Origin: Zygnema circumcarinatum SAG 698-1b
Lineage: Eukaryota; Plantae; Zygnematophyceae
DNA: 64,000 nucleotides
NCBI GenBank assembly: GCA_037447605.1
Contig: CM074809.1
Location: 2,718,689-2,782,688, forward strand
Direction: 5' to 3'
In this document: one piece after another, positions 1 to 13,127 of the stretch
How positions within the stretch are numbered: the first letter of the stretch is position 1
How the letters are laid out: every line of letters begins with the position of its first letter
Notes under the pieces: model-generated
Seen by the model: only the letters and a program-made list of their open reading frames with translations
Databases searched by the model: none
What the model was told of the DNA's origin: nothing
Position numbers and translations under genes: made by a program

Positions 1-3000
1 CAAGAATTTGGCATGGGAGGCATTTGCAACTGTTGCCCTTGTAAGTTGAGGACGGCTTTGTTTGTCCTAACAGTTTGAAACTGAAACGAACTTCTTGCTC
101 ATAGTGTGCTGGCCATTGGATTTTGAGTGTTGGTCAACTACAAGAACAAAAGCTTAGCGTAGGAAAGCTGAAGATGAATTGGGAGCTTTCAGAGTTGTAT
201 TGGCTTCCAAATTTAAGGAATGTTAAGCAGCGAGACACGATGTCCAAACCTTGGCAACTGACTGAAAGAATGATGTGTGGATTGCTGGCTGGGAAAATGG
301 TGCGAAGTTTCTGGTTAAAGTAGCAGGCGAGGAGCAGGGCGACTAGGGTGAGTATGGAGAAAAGTGCTCCTTGTGCAGAGGACAGTCGGAAGCTGAGTGG
401 GATCAAGGTAACTGCCGACCAGCCAATGGAGGAAGATCAGAGTCTTGAAATTTACAAAAAGTTCAAGGAGGTGAGAAAGATCTTGATTTATACGCCAAAA
501 AGAGAAATTTCATTCTATTTTTGTGTGCTTTGACTTTTTTTCTGTTTTGTTTCAAGGATGCAACTGACACATGCAGTAACCCTGCGTTGCAGCTCCTATG
601 GGAAAGTTCGTTGGACTATTCAGCGCAGAATCTTAAGCTGCTTCACTAGCATTTGACGAAGTCTGATTATCAGCCGGGAGAACTTCATCATCTATGTAGC
701 GTAGTGCCTCCGCTGGGAAATGTTTTTGATGTTCTCTTACAAAAAGGTTGCAAGTCCAGCGAATATGTTGAATCTATGGTTCAACTCTGCATGACTATTG
801 AAGAAGGTGAGAAATTTCTTACAACTGCAAAATGGTAATTCTGTGATTTTTGCACAATTTTCGTGATGCAAGTCTTTTTTAGTTCCAGAAACACGCATGA
901 AATAGGAAGCTCAATTAACAGAGGCAAAAAGAAATAAACAATATGTGACCGCTGGCAATCTTAGTCAATGTGACAGGAATTCCGCCACTGAAATGCACTT
1001 ATTTTCATTGCAGGAAAAGAACAATGCGGAGACGTATTCATCTCCAGACTAAGTGCATTAGCTGTCTCTAAAGTTACCGATTTTTGAAGCTTCAACGTAC
1101 AATTATAGAAACCCTTTGCTGTCTTGTGACGCAGTCAATCAAGAATCAGCGAACTTTGCTAGCGAACATGAAGCAATGGTGAGTTGATGAAGTGTGAAAA
1201 GAATACGAGCCACGAGCCAAGAGCCTGCTCCATAGCTTGAAACACCTCCATTGCAGCTGGAGGAGCGGAAAACAAAGCAAGGCGAAAACCGACTCCAACG
1301 ACGACAGAGGAGGCTTTCACGAGTATGTTCATCATCTGAAGACTGCATTGTCAGCGCTGGACCTGAGGTTAAATTTTGGAATAATTTCTCTCGAAGTGGA
1401 CTAAAATTTTTGTATCGAACTTGCAGAGCTGTCAATACGGTGGCCAAGATGCTCAAGAAGCTCAAAGGAAAGGTGCAAGCCAAGACAAAACAGAAAACTT
1501 TGGACATTCTTCAAGAAACTGACAAGAGCACACGACATGAGATTGACACGGTTGAAACCGAGGTCACCAGAAATATGTAAGTTTTTCTAATCGAGACAAA
1601 TGTTAAATTGGAATTCAAATCTAACCTGATCTCAAAATAGAAATCGAATCCACCCAGGTCCAGTCAGTATTAACTTAATCTTAACAATGTGTAAGTCTGC
1701 TTTTGGCTCGGATTCCCTTAAAGGTGGCTGTCTCTCAAATTTGTCAACAACAAGAGAAAACCAAAAATCTACCACTCGCTTTAACTTCTCTGCAAAGGTT
1801 TAGAAAGCTGCATCACGAGCCTGCTCGTTGGAAGTCATTCTGAAGAAATTGATGTTACTTACACGCCTTAACCTCAAATGTGTTTGACAGAGAAAAGTGT
1901 ATGTCTTTCGGGAAAAGGAAGACCAGAGAGATTGAAGAAAACCTGTGTGGTAAGTTGTTTCTCTCGAAACTTTCACATGCTTTATGATCCCTCGACGGTG
2001 TTTATTGTCGTCAAGTTGTATGGGGTGTTCAATGTTGGGTGATTGCGATCATTAGGGCAATGGCATGAAGGAATCATAACGCATTTGTGTACTGACAGTA
2101 GCACCCCTAGGAGTCGTAAGAAACTGAAATGACAGCTTATCGTTTACCACGATTTTTCACCTCCTTGTGCTCTTCTGCCTTTGTTCTTGCAACCAAGAAG
2201 GTCAAGGCCACTTACGAGTGTCGTTTGTGACGGATTTCGCGGAGCGTGTTGGCGAGTACAACAGACTATTTGCAGAAGTGGACGACACCGAACTTGAGCT
2301 GAAGACACAATTTGAACATCACAGTGAGTAGCAAAGCAATCCATGTTCGTGGTGCGCCTCTGACCAAGGTGGTATATTTTTCTTTCCGTTCTCCTGATTA
2401 GAATGTCGATTATTTTCTCACTTAGGTCTCTTGCAACGTTTGGCAACACTCACGATATCTCAATTTGCAAGAGGTAGAGTTCCCTCTCTTACTAGTCACT
2501 GAGGTAGCCCTTTCATTCTCGAGTGCAGGGGCAGCCCACCAAAAAATGCTTACAGGCCGGGCAGACCACTACAGCGTGCTTGGCAGAAGTGGAGAGCAAA
2601 CTTTTAGTGGTGCAAAAGGTTCGTTGACTTCGGCCTACTTTTCATTTTGTAGTCTGAGTGCGCACTTCCATCCCTGCCAGGAGCAGTAACTCATGGCGTC
2701 GTTGCCATAATTCTTTGGGGAGGGCTACTGGTTGGTCATGTAATTCTCAAGTTCTTTGTCTGTGTCTGACCATGCAGAGTGAGTTAACGATGAGAGGACT
2801 CCGGGCGGCACTGCAAGGCGCCCTTCAAGAAGTTGCAGGATCTCCGTGACGTCAGATTCATGCTGTGAAGGCTTTCGCTGCGCATCCTGTGGCAAAGACC
2901 TGCGTTCAGATGGTAGAGGGATTGCTGCATTGCAAGTTTTTTATTGTTAAGTGCAGGAGGACGTGGAGCCGCACGGTGGTGCTTGCGTAGGTCACATGCA
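1..3000 (+). pseudogene. Degenerate multi-exon coding-like sequence, possibly transposon-derived
   Basis: Exon-like blocks with GT/AG borders (e.g. 1427-1576 RAVNTVAKMLKKLKGK...). Long frames are broken by single in-frame stops (321-323, ~648, ~2847). Weak HW...Q..NDCG (Ulp1/C48-like) pattern at ~110-300 only if a frameshift is allowed. Family not recognised. Confidence 0.3.
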
Positions 3001-3356
3001 GAGTACAAATTGCCGTGTCCAGACTTTGGTTCTCGAGTTTGGTTCGAGATTGGTGCAGTCCCATCAGTGGTTATGGTTCTTTCATGAATAGCCTACTTTT
3101 AGGCTGTACAGACAATGCATGCATATGTTTAGGGGCAATATGGTCTCAGCTAGTTGAACACTGCGAACGCTTTCCAGGCTCAGACTTCTGTCGCATTCAC
3201 ATACCGCACTCTCTGTGTAACCGTCGTCCTTATTCCGTACGGTTCTCAAATGAGCCCTCTTTATGGCATCATGGATACGCGAACAATCACTTTCTCCTCA
3301 CTTTACCGGCATCGCAGATCCTTTCTTCGTGCTTGAGCACACAGAAAAGCTCGGTT

Positions 3357-3715
3357 GAGTGGTTAGCCAATGCGGTCGAGTAGTTAGCCACTGCGGTCGA
3401 GTGGCTAGCCACTGCGGTCGAGTAGTTAGCCACTGCGGACGAGTAGTTAGCCACCGCGGTCGAGTGGCTAGCCACTGCGGTCGAGTAGTTAGCCACTGCG
3501 GACGAGTAGTTAGCCACTACGGTCTAGTTAGCCACTGCGGTCGAGTAGTTAGCCACTGCGGTCTAGTAGTTAGCCACTGCGGTCGAGTAGTTAGCCATTG
3601 CGGTCGAATCGTTAGCCACTGCGGCCGAGTAGTTAGCCACTGCGGTCGAATAGTTAGCCACTGCGGTCGAGTAGTTAACTACTGCGGTCGAGTAGTTAGC
3701 CACTGCGGTCGAGTG
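3357..3715. repeat. 21-bp tandem minisatellite (GAGTAGTTAGCCACTGCGGTC), ~17 copies
   Basis: Directly visible head-to-tail units with few substitutions and one 3-nt deletion; no spacers. Explains the SHCGRVV and ANYSTAV ORFs. Confidence 0.95.
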
Positions 3716-4026
3716 GGGAGTCAGACCTTGACCATCGCTTACGAAATTTCCGAATTTCTTATACTAAAAGGTACTCATTTCGATTGCTGAATTCAGCTGG
3801 GAAACCGCGGCTCCCCCGAACCTGTCTGTCCCGTCCGTACTACGAAAAGGCCTTCGAAAAGGGCCCCAAATAAGGCGATTAAGCACACGCCCAAACGCAG
3901 GGCCAGAGGCCGTTTGGCTGTCCTGCCCCGAACCTGCGCTTTGTACTAAAAAGGCCCGCCGTACAACGCTTAATTCGCCCGACAAGCTTACGAAATTGAT
4001 TTGGCGATGGTCAAGGTCTGACTCCC
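3716..4026. mobile_element. MITE-like element with 23-bp perfect terminal inverted repeats
   Basis: GGGAGTCAGACCTTGACCATCGC (3716-3738) and its exact reverse complement (4004-4026). No TSD found; the left flank is the minisatellite. Confidence 0.75.
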
Positions 4027-4139
4027 TCATACATTAACACTGACTAAGTGCGGAGAAAAGTAGTTTCCTCCAAATCAGGGCGAATTTCTTGGGCAACAAA
4101 AGGTCTCGGGTGGAAAATATTAGGGGGGCCTATTGTATG

Positions 4140-4500
4140 TAGGGATGGCTTAATTACGACTATATAATCTATATTATATTATATAACTGTGACGACTAAA
4201 TAACGGCTGTTATATAATACTTTACAACGCCTTTACAACATGTACGGTCGTACGGTCGTACGACTGTACGGTATTATGCGGTGAAGACAGAGTGAACCAG
4301 ACGGACGCATTTCGCAACGCCAACGCCAAAACGACCTAATTTTGGTATGGTACGACCGTACTCGCGTACGGTCGTTAATTGTTCAAAACGGGTGGGTATA
4401 ATATATGTAATAAAGTGTTTTACTTTGTACTATATCACTACTTTTAAACCCGTTGTAAAGTATATAATATAGTCGGACTTTATAACTCGGGCCATCCCTA
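4140..4500. mobile_element. Non-autonomous hAT element (MITE), 361 bp
   Basis: TIR TAGGGATGGC (4140-4149) / GCCATCCCTA (4491-4500), Ac-like. Perfect 8-bp TSD ATTGTATG at 4132-4139 and 4501-4508. AT-rich interior with CGTACG/ACGAC repeats. Confidence 0.92.
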
Positions 4501-4796
4501 ATTGTATGATCACTGCACAGCATGCCGTTCCCGTACGGCCTTGTTTTTTCCGGCAAACCCGGTTGCCGCCGCGTGCGGTGCGGTGCAGTAACCCCAATTT
4601 GTGGCCCGGGTGGCCCCCGGTTCGGTTGGCGCTCCCTTCCGTGGCTGTTGCAGGAATGTAATTATTTTTTTAATTTTATATTACTAGTAAAAAGTTTATA
4701 ATTTCCGTACAACCGGTCATCCCTGGCCGCCGCCCGTAGTCGGTCTGATGTGGTGCTGTTGCTCGGCCTGCAACCGGCCGGCCGTGCGGGCGGGCG

Positions 4797-4798
<2 letters not shown>

Positions 4799-4832
<34 letters not shown>
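4799..4832. repeat. (GGCA)n microsatellite upstream of the GDT1 start codon
   Basis: About 8 perfect GGCA units. Confidence 0.9.
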
Positions 4833-4833
<1 letters not shown>

Positions 4834-4955
4834 TAGCTCAGCCTTGCCAGGTCCATGGCGGGCGTCGTCGCCGCACAAGGCTGATCTAATCGTGGGAGAG
4901 GTAGCACTGAAGGTGGAACTAGTTTCTTGGTGCATTGGAGAGCGGTGTTGAATCC

Positions 4956-7900
4956 ATGGCGAGATGCGCCGGTGCTCGGAAGTTCTCTTGCATCCTCCTG
5001 TTGCTCTTGCAGCTATCGGTGTTGAAGGCGGAAAGTGCATTGGACGCAGTTCAGGAGGCCGACGTGTTGCAACCTAAAGTGAAGGTGGAAGGGAATGCAT
5101 TGGTGCGTGGACATTTACGGTTTGCTTCAGATCCGGATGGATGGGGATGATAACATTTCAATAACCTATTGTCTGCTTATTCATGAGTGATCGTCAAACT
5201 ACGTGGCTTGCGACTTTCTTTTTGAAACGCTTGATTTGCCAAGTTCATGCAATGTTTTTCCTCGATTTGCTCATCCGCATCGAGCGTAGTAGATCTTTCA
5301 AATTATGGTTTTCGCTTGTTGCTGCGATTGATTGTCAGGATGGAGGAAGCAAGGCCAGTTTCAGATATCATGGTTTGAGCTGCTAGTCTAGTTTGATTGC
5401 ACATAGGTTGAGTCTGGATCTCGTACAAATTTCGTCTCTTCGTGGAGTTTCTCATGCTGATGCATGCAAGTCGCGGTGGCGTGCATGTTATGTAGGCCCA
5501 GCTTGGCTGGCCGATGGTCATGAGGAGCTGGTGCCTCGCCCTCTCTGTCGTCAGTTCCGTGGGGATGAGCGATTGCCAATCGTGGGATTTGGCAGTGGAG
5601 GGCAGCGGGATAGCAGAGGCGGCACCTCCATTGGTGCGTCCGATACTCTTTGCCAATAGTCTCACGTAGGCTGTTGGCTGATGCTTCAGGGCCCAGCTGA
5701 TAGGAAGCTCTTGGAGGATCACGGGGATGGGATGAAGAGCAGCAGATCGCGGCATGGCAAGGTGGGATCGAGCATTTATGTCACAAGTCAAACTCGACCA
5801 TGCTTGCTGTTCTATCGGCAGATACCTGTGAAACTTGTCTGATTAGTGTTGAAGAATATGTTTAACTGGTAATCACAGGGTGCTGGCTTTTACCCAGCTA
5901 TAAGTGCAGCGAAATTAGGGTTTTTTTTTTTTTGGTTGCTGAGATAAATTAAACGAATAAATATTCTGACTGCTTTTCTGTGTCATGGAGCACAGGTACT
6001 TGGGGAAGCAGATGGAGCGTGGACGAACCAGGGCCCCATGTCGCTGGGGGTTGGTCTATTTGACGGCTTCTTGACCAGCTTGTCGATGATTGTCGTCAGT
6101 GAGGTCAGCAAATTTTTATTGGTCTTCAACTTGAGCTTTTACTGTTTTCAGGACGGATCAAGTTTGTTTCAGGCGTTTTTTGCTGGTTGTGTGCTTCTCT
6201 TATCATTGCATTTTGTCAGAAAGAAGTGGTAAACCTTGCACTTTTTTTGCATTGCCAATTTCTCTTCCTTTCTCCTCGGAATGTAGATTGGCGACGAGAC
6301 ATTTATCATTGCTGCTCTGATGGCCATGCGACATCCTCGCGGAGTCGTCCTGGCAGGTGCTTTGAGTGCGCTAGCCATTATGACTGTGAGTAGCCTACAA
6401 GAACTGCCTTCTCAAGTACTTCCATTTTTTCGCATTTTGCCATGGGTTTACAAAAAAGCAAGAGCGAAGTGGTGTAAGAAGACTTCCAACTGGCATTGCG
6501 GAATGACCACCTTCGGTTCTTTCAGCTTTCCTCCATCGTCCTTGGCTGCTTTTGGTTTTGCATTCTGCGCCATCAGCTTCTGTCACCCATTGACTAAGTT
6601 AAGCAGCGGTCAACTGGACATCTCAGTGATTTTCTTGGCTCACGATGGTGGACCTACAGGTGCTTTCAACCGGGCTGGGTTTCATAGTGCCAAATCTTAT
6701 ATCTCGCAAGGCAACCAACAGTGCTGCTACCAGTAAGCCAGTCTCTAGTGACACTGTCGATTCTGAAATAGTCAACGGTGATCTTTGAGACAGGATAACC
6801 TGCAGCGCCATGTTGATTAAGTCCACGTTATTGGAAAAGATTGATTGTCAATAGGCTGTGGTGAAGGAGGCATAGCTTGTCAAGAACCGCATCTTTATAG
6901 CTTTGACTGGTATGTTTTGAGTAGTTTGTGGTGTATTTTGGCCTGGAATTAAATCTCTGACGAGATGGTTCATGAAGAGAATGCACACAATGAAAAGAGA
7001 GGGTGACCATTACACAGTTTACTGATTGGCGAAAGGGTTGATGGTTTCTTTTATCGCAGTCTTGTACACTTTTTTTGGCCTTCGGCTTCTTTACATTGCC
7101 TGGCGTGCAGATTCCCATGACACTCCTCAAAAGGAGCTAGAAGAGGTGAGGTGTGCACATGCCAGCCATGCTATTTCATGGAATTTCATTCCGTTTTTGT
7201 CATGAAGAATTTGGAAGTATGTCTTGCCACAGCGTGAGGAAGATTTGAAGCAATGACTGTAGTTCTCTAATCTTTCTGTTTTATTGCGACAATTTGATGA
7301 TAGGTGGAAGAGAAGTTGGAGGAGGCGGATGTGCAAGCTAAAGGCACAACCCGAACAGTGAGACGGCTTTTGTCACGCTTTTGCACGCCAATATTCCTGG
7401 AGGTTGGCCATTAACTTGATCCTCGTTCAAAACCCCAGACTCGCTGATTATACCGACAGGATGTTGTTTTCTGTGGGATAGGAAAGTTTTGCTAACACTG
7501 TGCATATGGTTTTTAAAAAAGAAATTCCAGACCTGAACTTCCAGCTGAAATCTTGTAGATAAATAAAAATTGATATGAAAATAGACCGGGAGACTCAGTT
7601 GCCCATGCAACCTTCTCTAGAAGGTTTAACTACACAACATAGTTTGATCTGAATAATTCTTAGGCTGACGTTACGGTTTGGCAATTAGAGTGCACTGTAT
7701 GGTTTCAGTATCCATGTGAAGCAGAGAAACAGAGGTTTCTCCATCAGCACTTTATGAATAGCTACTCGTGAATTGGTGTTTCCTGTTAAAGTTTTCAGTT
7801 CATCACCACTATTCTTTGTCAGTCCTTTTGCTAAGTGGATGATGTGTTATGAACTAACCTTACTGAACACTTTCTTGTCTGCTTAATTGCAGGCGTTTAT

Positions 7901-8844
7901 CTTGACCTTTTTGGCTGAGTGGGGTGATCGCAGTCAAATTGCGACTATTGCGGTAAGGATTTGAATTTCAAGCATCTATTGAGGAATACACATGGGATCT
8001 CATGAACTTACATCAAGGATAGAAATTGGTCTGTAGACTGTGATGGACAAGTCGAAAGAAAACATGTTGTGAATCTGAAGCATTGGAGTCATTTCAAAAC
8101 CTCGAAGTCTTTGGCGGTTGACGGTTGTATATCTTAAGGGAATTGAACGAACTGAGCATTTTGGAATAGTACTGATCATCTGGGCAGTCAAATGGCATTC
8201 TCCGGACTGCATATTCACCTGGTTTGACTTACAAAGTGCCTGCTTCGTTTGGAACCGCCTCATGGCGGGTATTATCGAAGCTGTGCAGTGAGGAGGGAGA
8301 GAGGAGAGAGAGAAGAGGAGGGAGAGAAGAATAGAGAAGGGGAGATAAGAGGAAAGAGAGAAGGTGACAGAAGAGACAAGGGAGACGAGAGACGAGAGGA
8401 GAGGATAGAGAAGAGAAAGCGAGAGAGAGAGGATGAGAGAGGAATGCATTGCAGTTTAGGTGGGAGGATGGTGAGTGGTGGTGATACTTCAGATGCTCTA
8501 TCTCAAACTAATGATCCGTATATCATTTGGTGTATTTTCCATCTGCAACATTTCTGGGATGATTTGGGGAACTCTCGTCTGTTCACTGTTCACTCCCTGT
8601 TCACTCTCGAGCTGATTGATAACTCTTTATGCAACTTTTGTGGTAATCATGGCAGCTGGCGGCGCATAAGAACCCCGTGGGAGTGACTATTGGTGCAACG
8701 TTGGGCCACACAATCTGCACATCGATAGCTGTAGTGGGAGGACGGCTCTTGGCACTCCGCATATCGCAGCGGACAGTGGCCGCTGTTGGAGGCGCTCTCT
8801 TTCTCTTATTTGCTATTCATTCGTTCTTCAACCCCCCCCTGTGA
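4956..8844 (+). CDS. GDT1/UPF0016 family Ca2+/Mn2+ transporter (secretory-pathway type, plant GDT1-like 3/4)
   Basis: Signal-peptide-like first exon. Exons 5996-6103, 6287-6385, 6660-6732, 7060-7145, 7304-7402, 7893-7952, 8656-8844 splice in frame and contain both family motifs, E-IGDET and AEWGDRSQ; ends FNPPL*. Exon structure between ~5103 and 5995 is unresolved. Confidence 0.9.
8290..8445. repeat. Imperfect purine-rich (GA) tract in the last GDT1 intron
   Basis: Almost exclusively G/A over ~155 bp. Confidence 0.8.
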
Positions 8845-9064
8845 GAGGCCTCGTTTTCTACCAGACGCAGTGGTGCCCTTATCCCTGCCCTTAACCCTGC
8901 CGGCCGGCCCTTGGAGGCTAGTGCTTTTTGGTTAGCTCCTCGATGCGAAATCCATATGGCCGGCTCCGTTGAGCAGATGTCTGAGCAGTTCTATTCTTGT
9001 CCATTCATTCCCAAAGCAGAAGAGGCCGATGCATTGGTAGTGAGCCCTCTGGCTGTCTGTTGAA

Positions 9065-9996
<932 letters not shown>

Positions 9997-11306
9997 GCTT
10001 GTATTCCATTCATTGTATTATTTGTCTCAAAAAAAATGCAGTCAATTCAAAAGCCCGCTGTTAGCTATTCTTCGCTTGACTGCAGAAGGAATTGTGTCTT
10101 CTGTCACATCACTCGCAATTCTACCGTCTTGTGCTAGTGTTTTTATTTCGAGATTCGTCTCATTAGTGTTTTCCAAGTCGTATATTACCGAATCCTATTG
10201 TTGTTTCAGTGAAATGTCTTTCCCACATTAGGTGAGAGTGTGGATGACACGCAGTTTATCATGGGATCAACAACCCTATGCTATTCGCTTTAACATAGAT
10301 CACATTGTAGAGTTTCAGGTGGCACTGGTTTTAGAGATTTATGGCTGCTTGTCTTGATGACTATGGGATGCCAGAAGTGTCGTTGAGCTCAATGTAGGAT
10401 GGTAGTGTGACATGGGCTAATTTTCAAAGCAACAATTTTGTGACAGTTTCAAAAGGTGGCAATATCTCTTGAATGTAAAAATATTTTTTTTTGCAGTCAA
10501 AAGGATGTCGCACATCCTTTCGATGTAAATAGCACGAAATAAGAGTCATCAAACTGATCCTGAACGTTCTTCCCTTCCTAAACTTTTGGCCCACTCATGG
10601 CACCCCTAAGAGGCATTAGACTGCTGGATGTTTGAATTGGAATGGGGCCATTTTTAAAATTTGTTCATGAGTTTCCGTTTTCCAAAAGAGGACTGGACCT
10701 TCACTCAGCCCTGTGAGCGAGAACATGGAAGCTTCTCGGAACTGTGATTGGTTGAAAAACAGTTGGAACATGTGAAGGAAACCAATAATCTTAAGGCATT
10801 ATTTGCTTGAAAGGAATAGGAATCATAAGAAAAATTCTTTCTTTACACAAACACTTGAACGGTTTGTACATTTCTCAAGTTTACAAACTCAAACGAGATC
10901 TCCCTGTCCACTCAGCGAAAGTCTAAGTTACCTCAATCTGACCATAGAAACGGGTTCTAATGCAGGACCGTAAAGATGTCCAATTTCTGCAGCAAGAGGC
11001 TGCTTTTCTGAAGGGAAATTCCCTCGATAAAGTGGTCATCCTTGAGATAAAGAAATTACAGCATAAAGAAATTACGGCCACATTGAACTTTGGACCCTGA
11101 CATCCGCACATAACATGACTGGAAAGCCCGAACCCATATGAGGACTGCCGTTACACAGAAACTTAGCAGGCTTAACGGATTCTTTTACGATTTTTATCTA
11201 TGAGCTCCTCATACGACGAGTATGAGAGAAGTACGGAAAGCTCCAACTAGACATGGACCCCTTCTCTATGAGAGTACAAGTATGCAATAACTCAGCCTTA
11301 GAGGAG

Positions 11307-12540
<1,234 letters not shown>

Positions 12541-12676
12541 GACGCCACATCGCTCAAGAAGAAAAAATCTTCAGCTTGATCCACATTAATAAGAGCGCAG
12601 CGTGCAGCTCACATGTCTGCTGCTTAGTGCAGAAAAATGTCGTCCTCGGGCCACGCCCTTCTCCGCCTCCTCCTTC

Positions 12677-12733
12677 CCCCGCCCTCGCCCTCGCCCTCGC
12701 CCTCGCCCTCGCCCTCGCCCTGGCCCTGGCCCT
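12677..12733. repeat. (CCCTCG)n hexamer repeat upstream of UFM1
   Basis: About 9 units, last ones CCCTGG. Confidence 0.85.
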
Positions 12734-12779
12734 CCCACTGATCTCCCTCCCTCCCTCGCCTTTCCCCGCAGCGCTGCAC

Positions 12780-13050
12780 AGGTCGAACCATTGATTGGAT
12801 CGGCAACCATTGGTCAACCATTGGATGGTAGCCAATGGTTGGACCACCACGCAACCGTACGCACCAAGTACAGTACTGTACAGAACATGCGCAGCTACCG
12901 TACATTACTGTACGAACCACATTTCGATACACGACAAACTAAACTCAACTGCCTCCATGTCACTCCGGCAGTTCCAGACGATTGTGTTCCATGCGCAAAA
13001 GCAGTTAAATAGCTAGTTCCGTCTTTTGGATTGGGAAACCGTACAGCCTA
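12780..13050. promoter_or_regulatory. Divergent promoter region UFM1/SET gene with CCAAT and GTAC clusters
   Basis: ATGs are 588 bp apart head-to-head. Four ATTGG/CCAAT boxes within ~12794-12836; several CGTAC/GTAC at 12855-12915 and ~13040. Confidence 0.6.
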
Positions 13051-13127
13051 TAGGTTATGTGTCACGTGACACTAGGCTATGTTGGGCCTGGACAGTGGGC
13101 TTCTGGGGAGGAAGGGGACTGCGAGCC

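Noticed and set aside
3287-3790. CRISPR-like array, or repetitive proteins (SHCGRVV / ANYSTAV ORFs)
   Set aside because: Units are contiguous with no unique spacers, there are no cas genes and the context is eukaryotic; the ORFs follow from a stop-free 21-bp unit.
5303-5791. 162-aa antisense ORF in GDT1 intron 1, possibly a LINE fragment
   Set aside because: No RT/endonuclease motif, TSD or poly-A recognisable; resemblance too vague to call.
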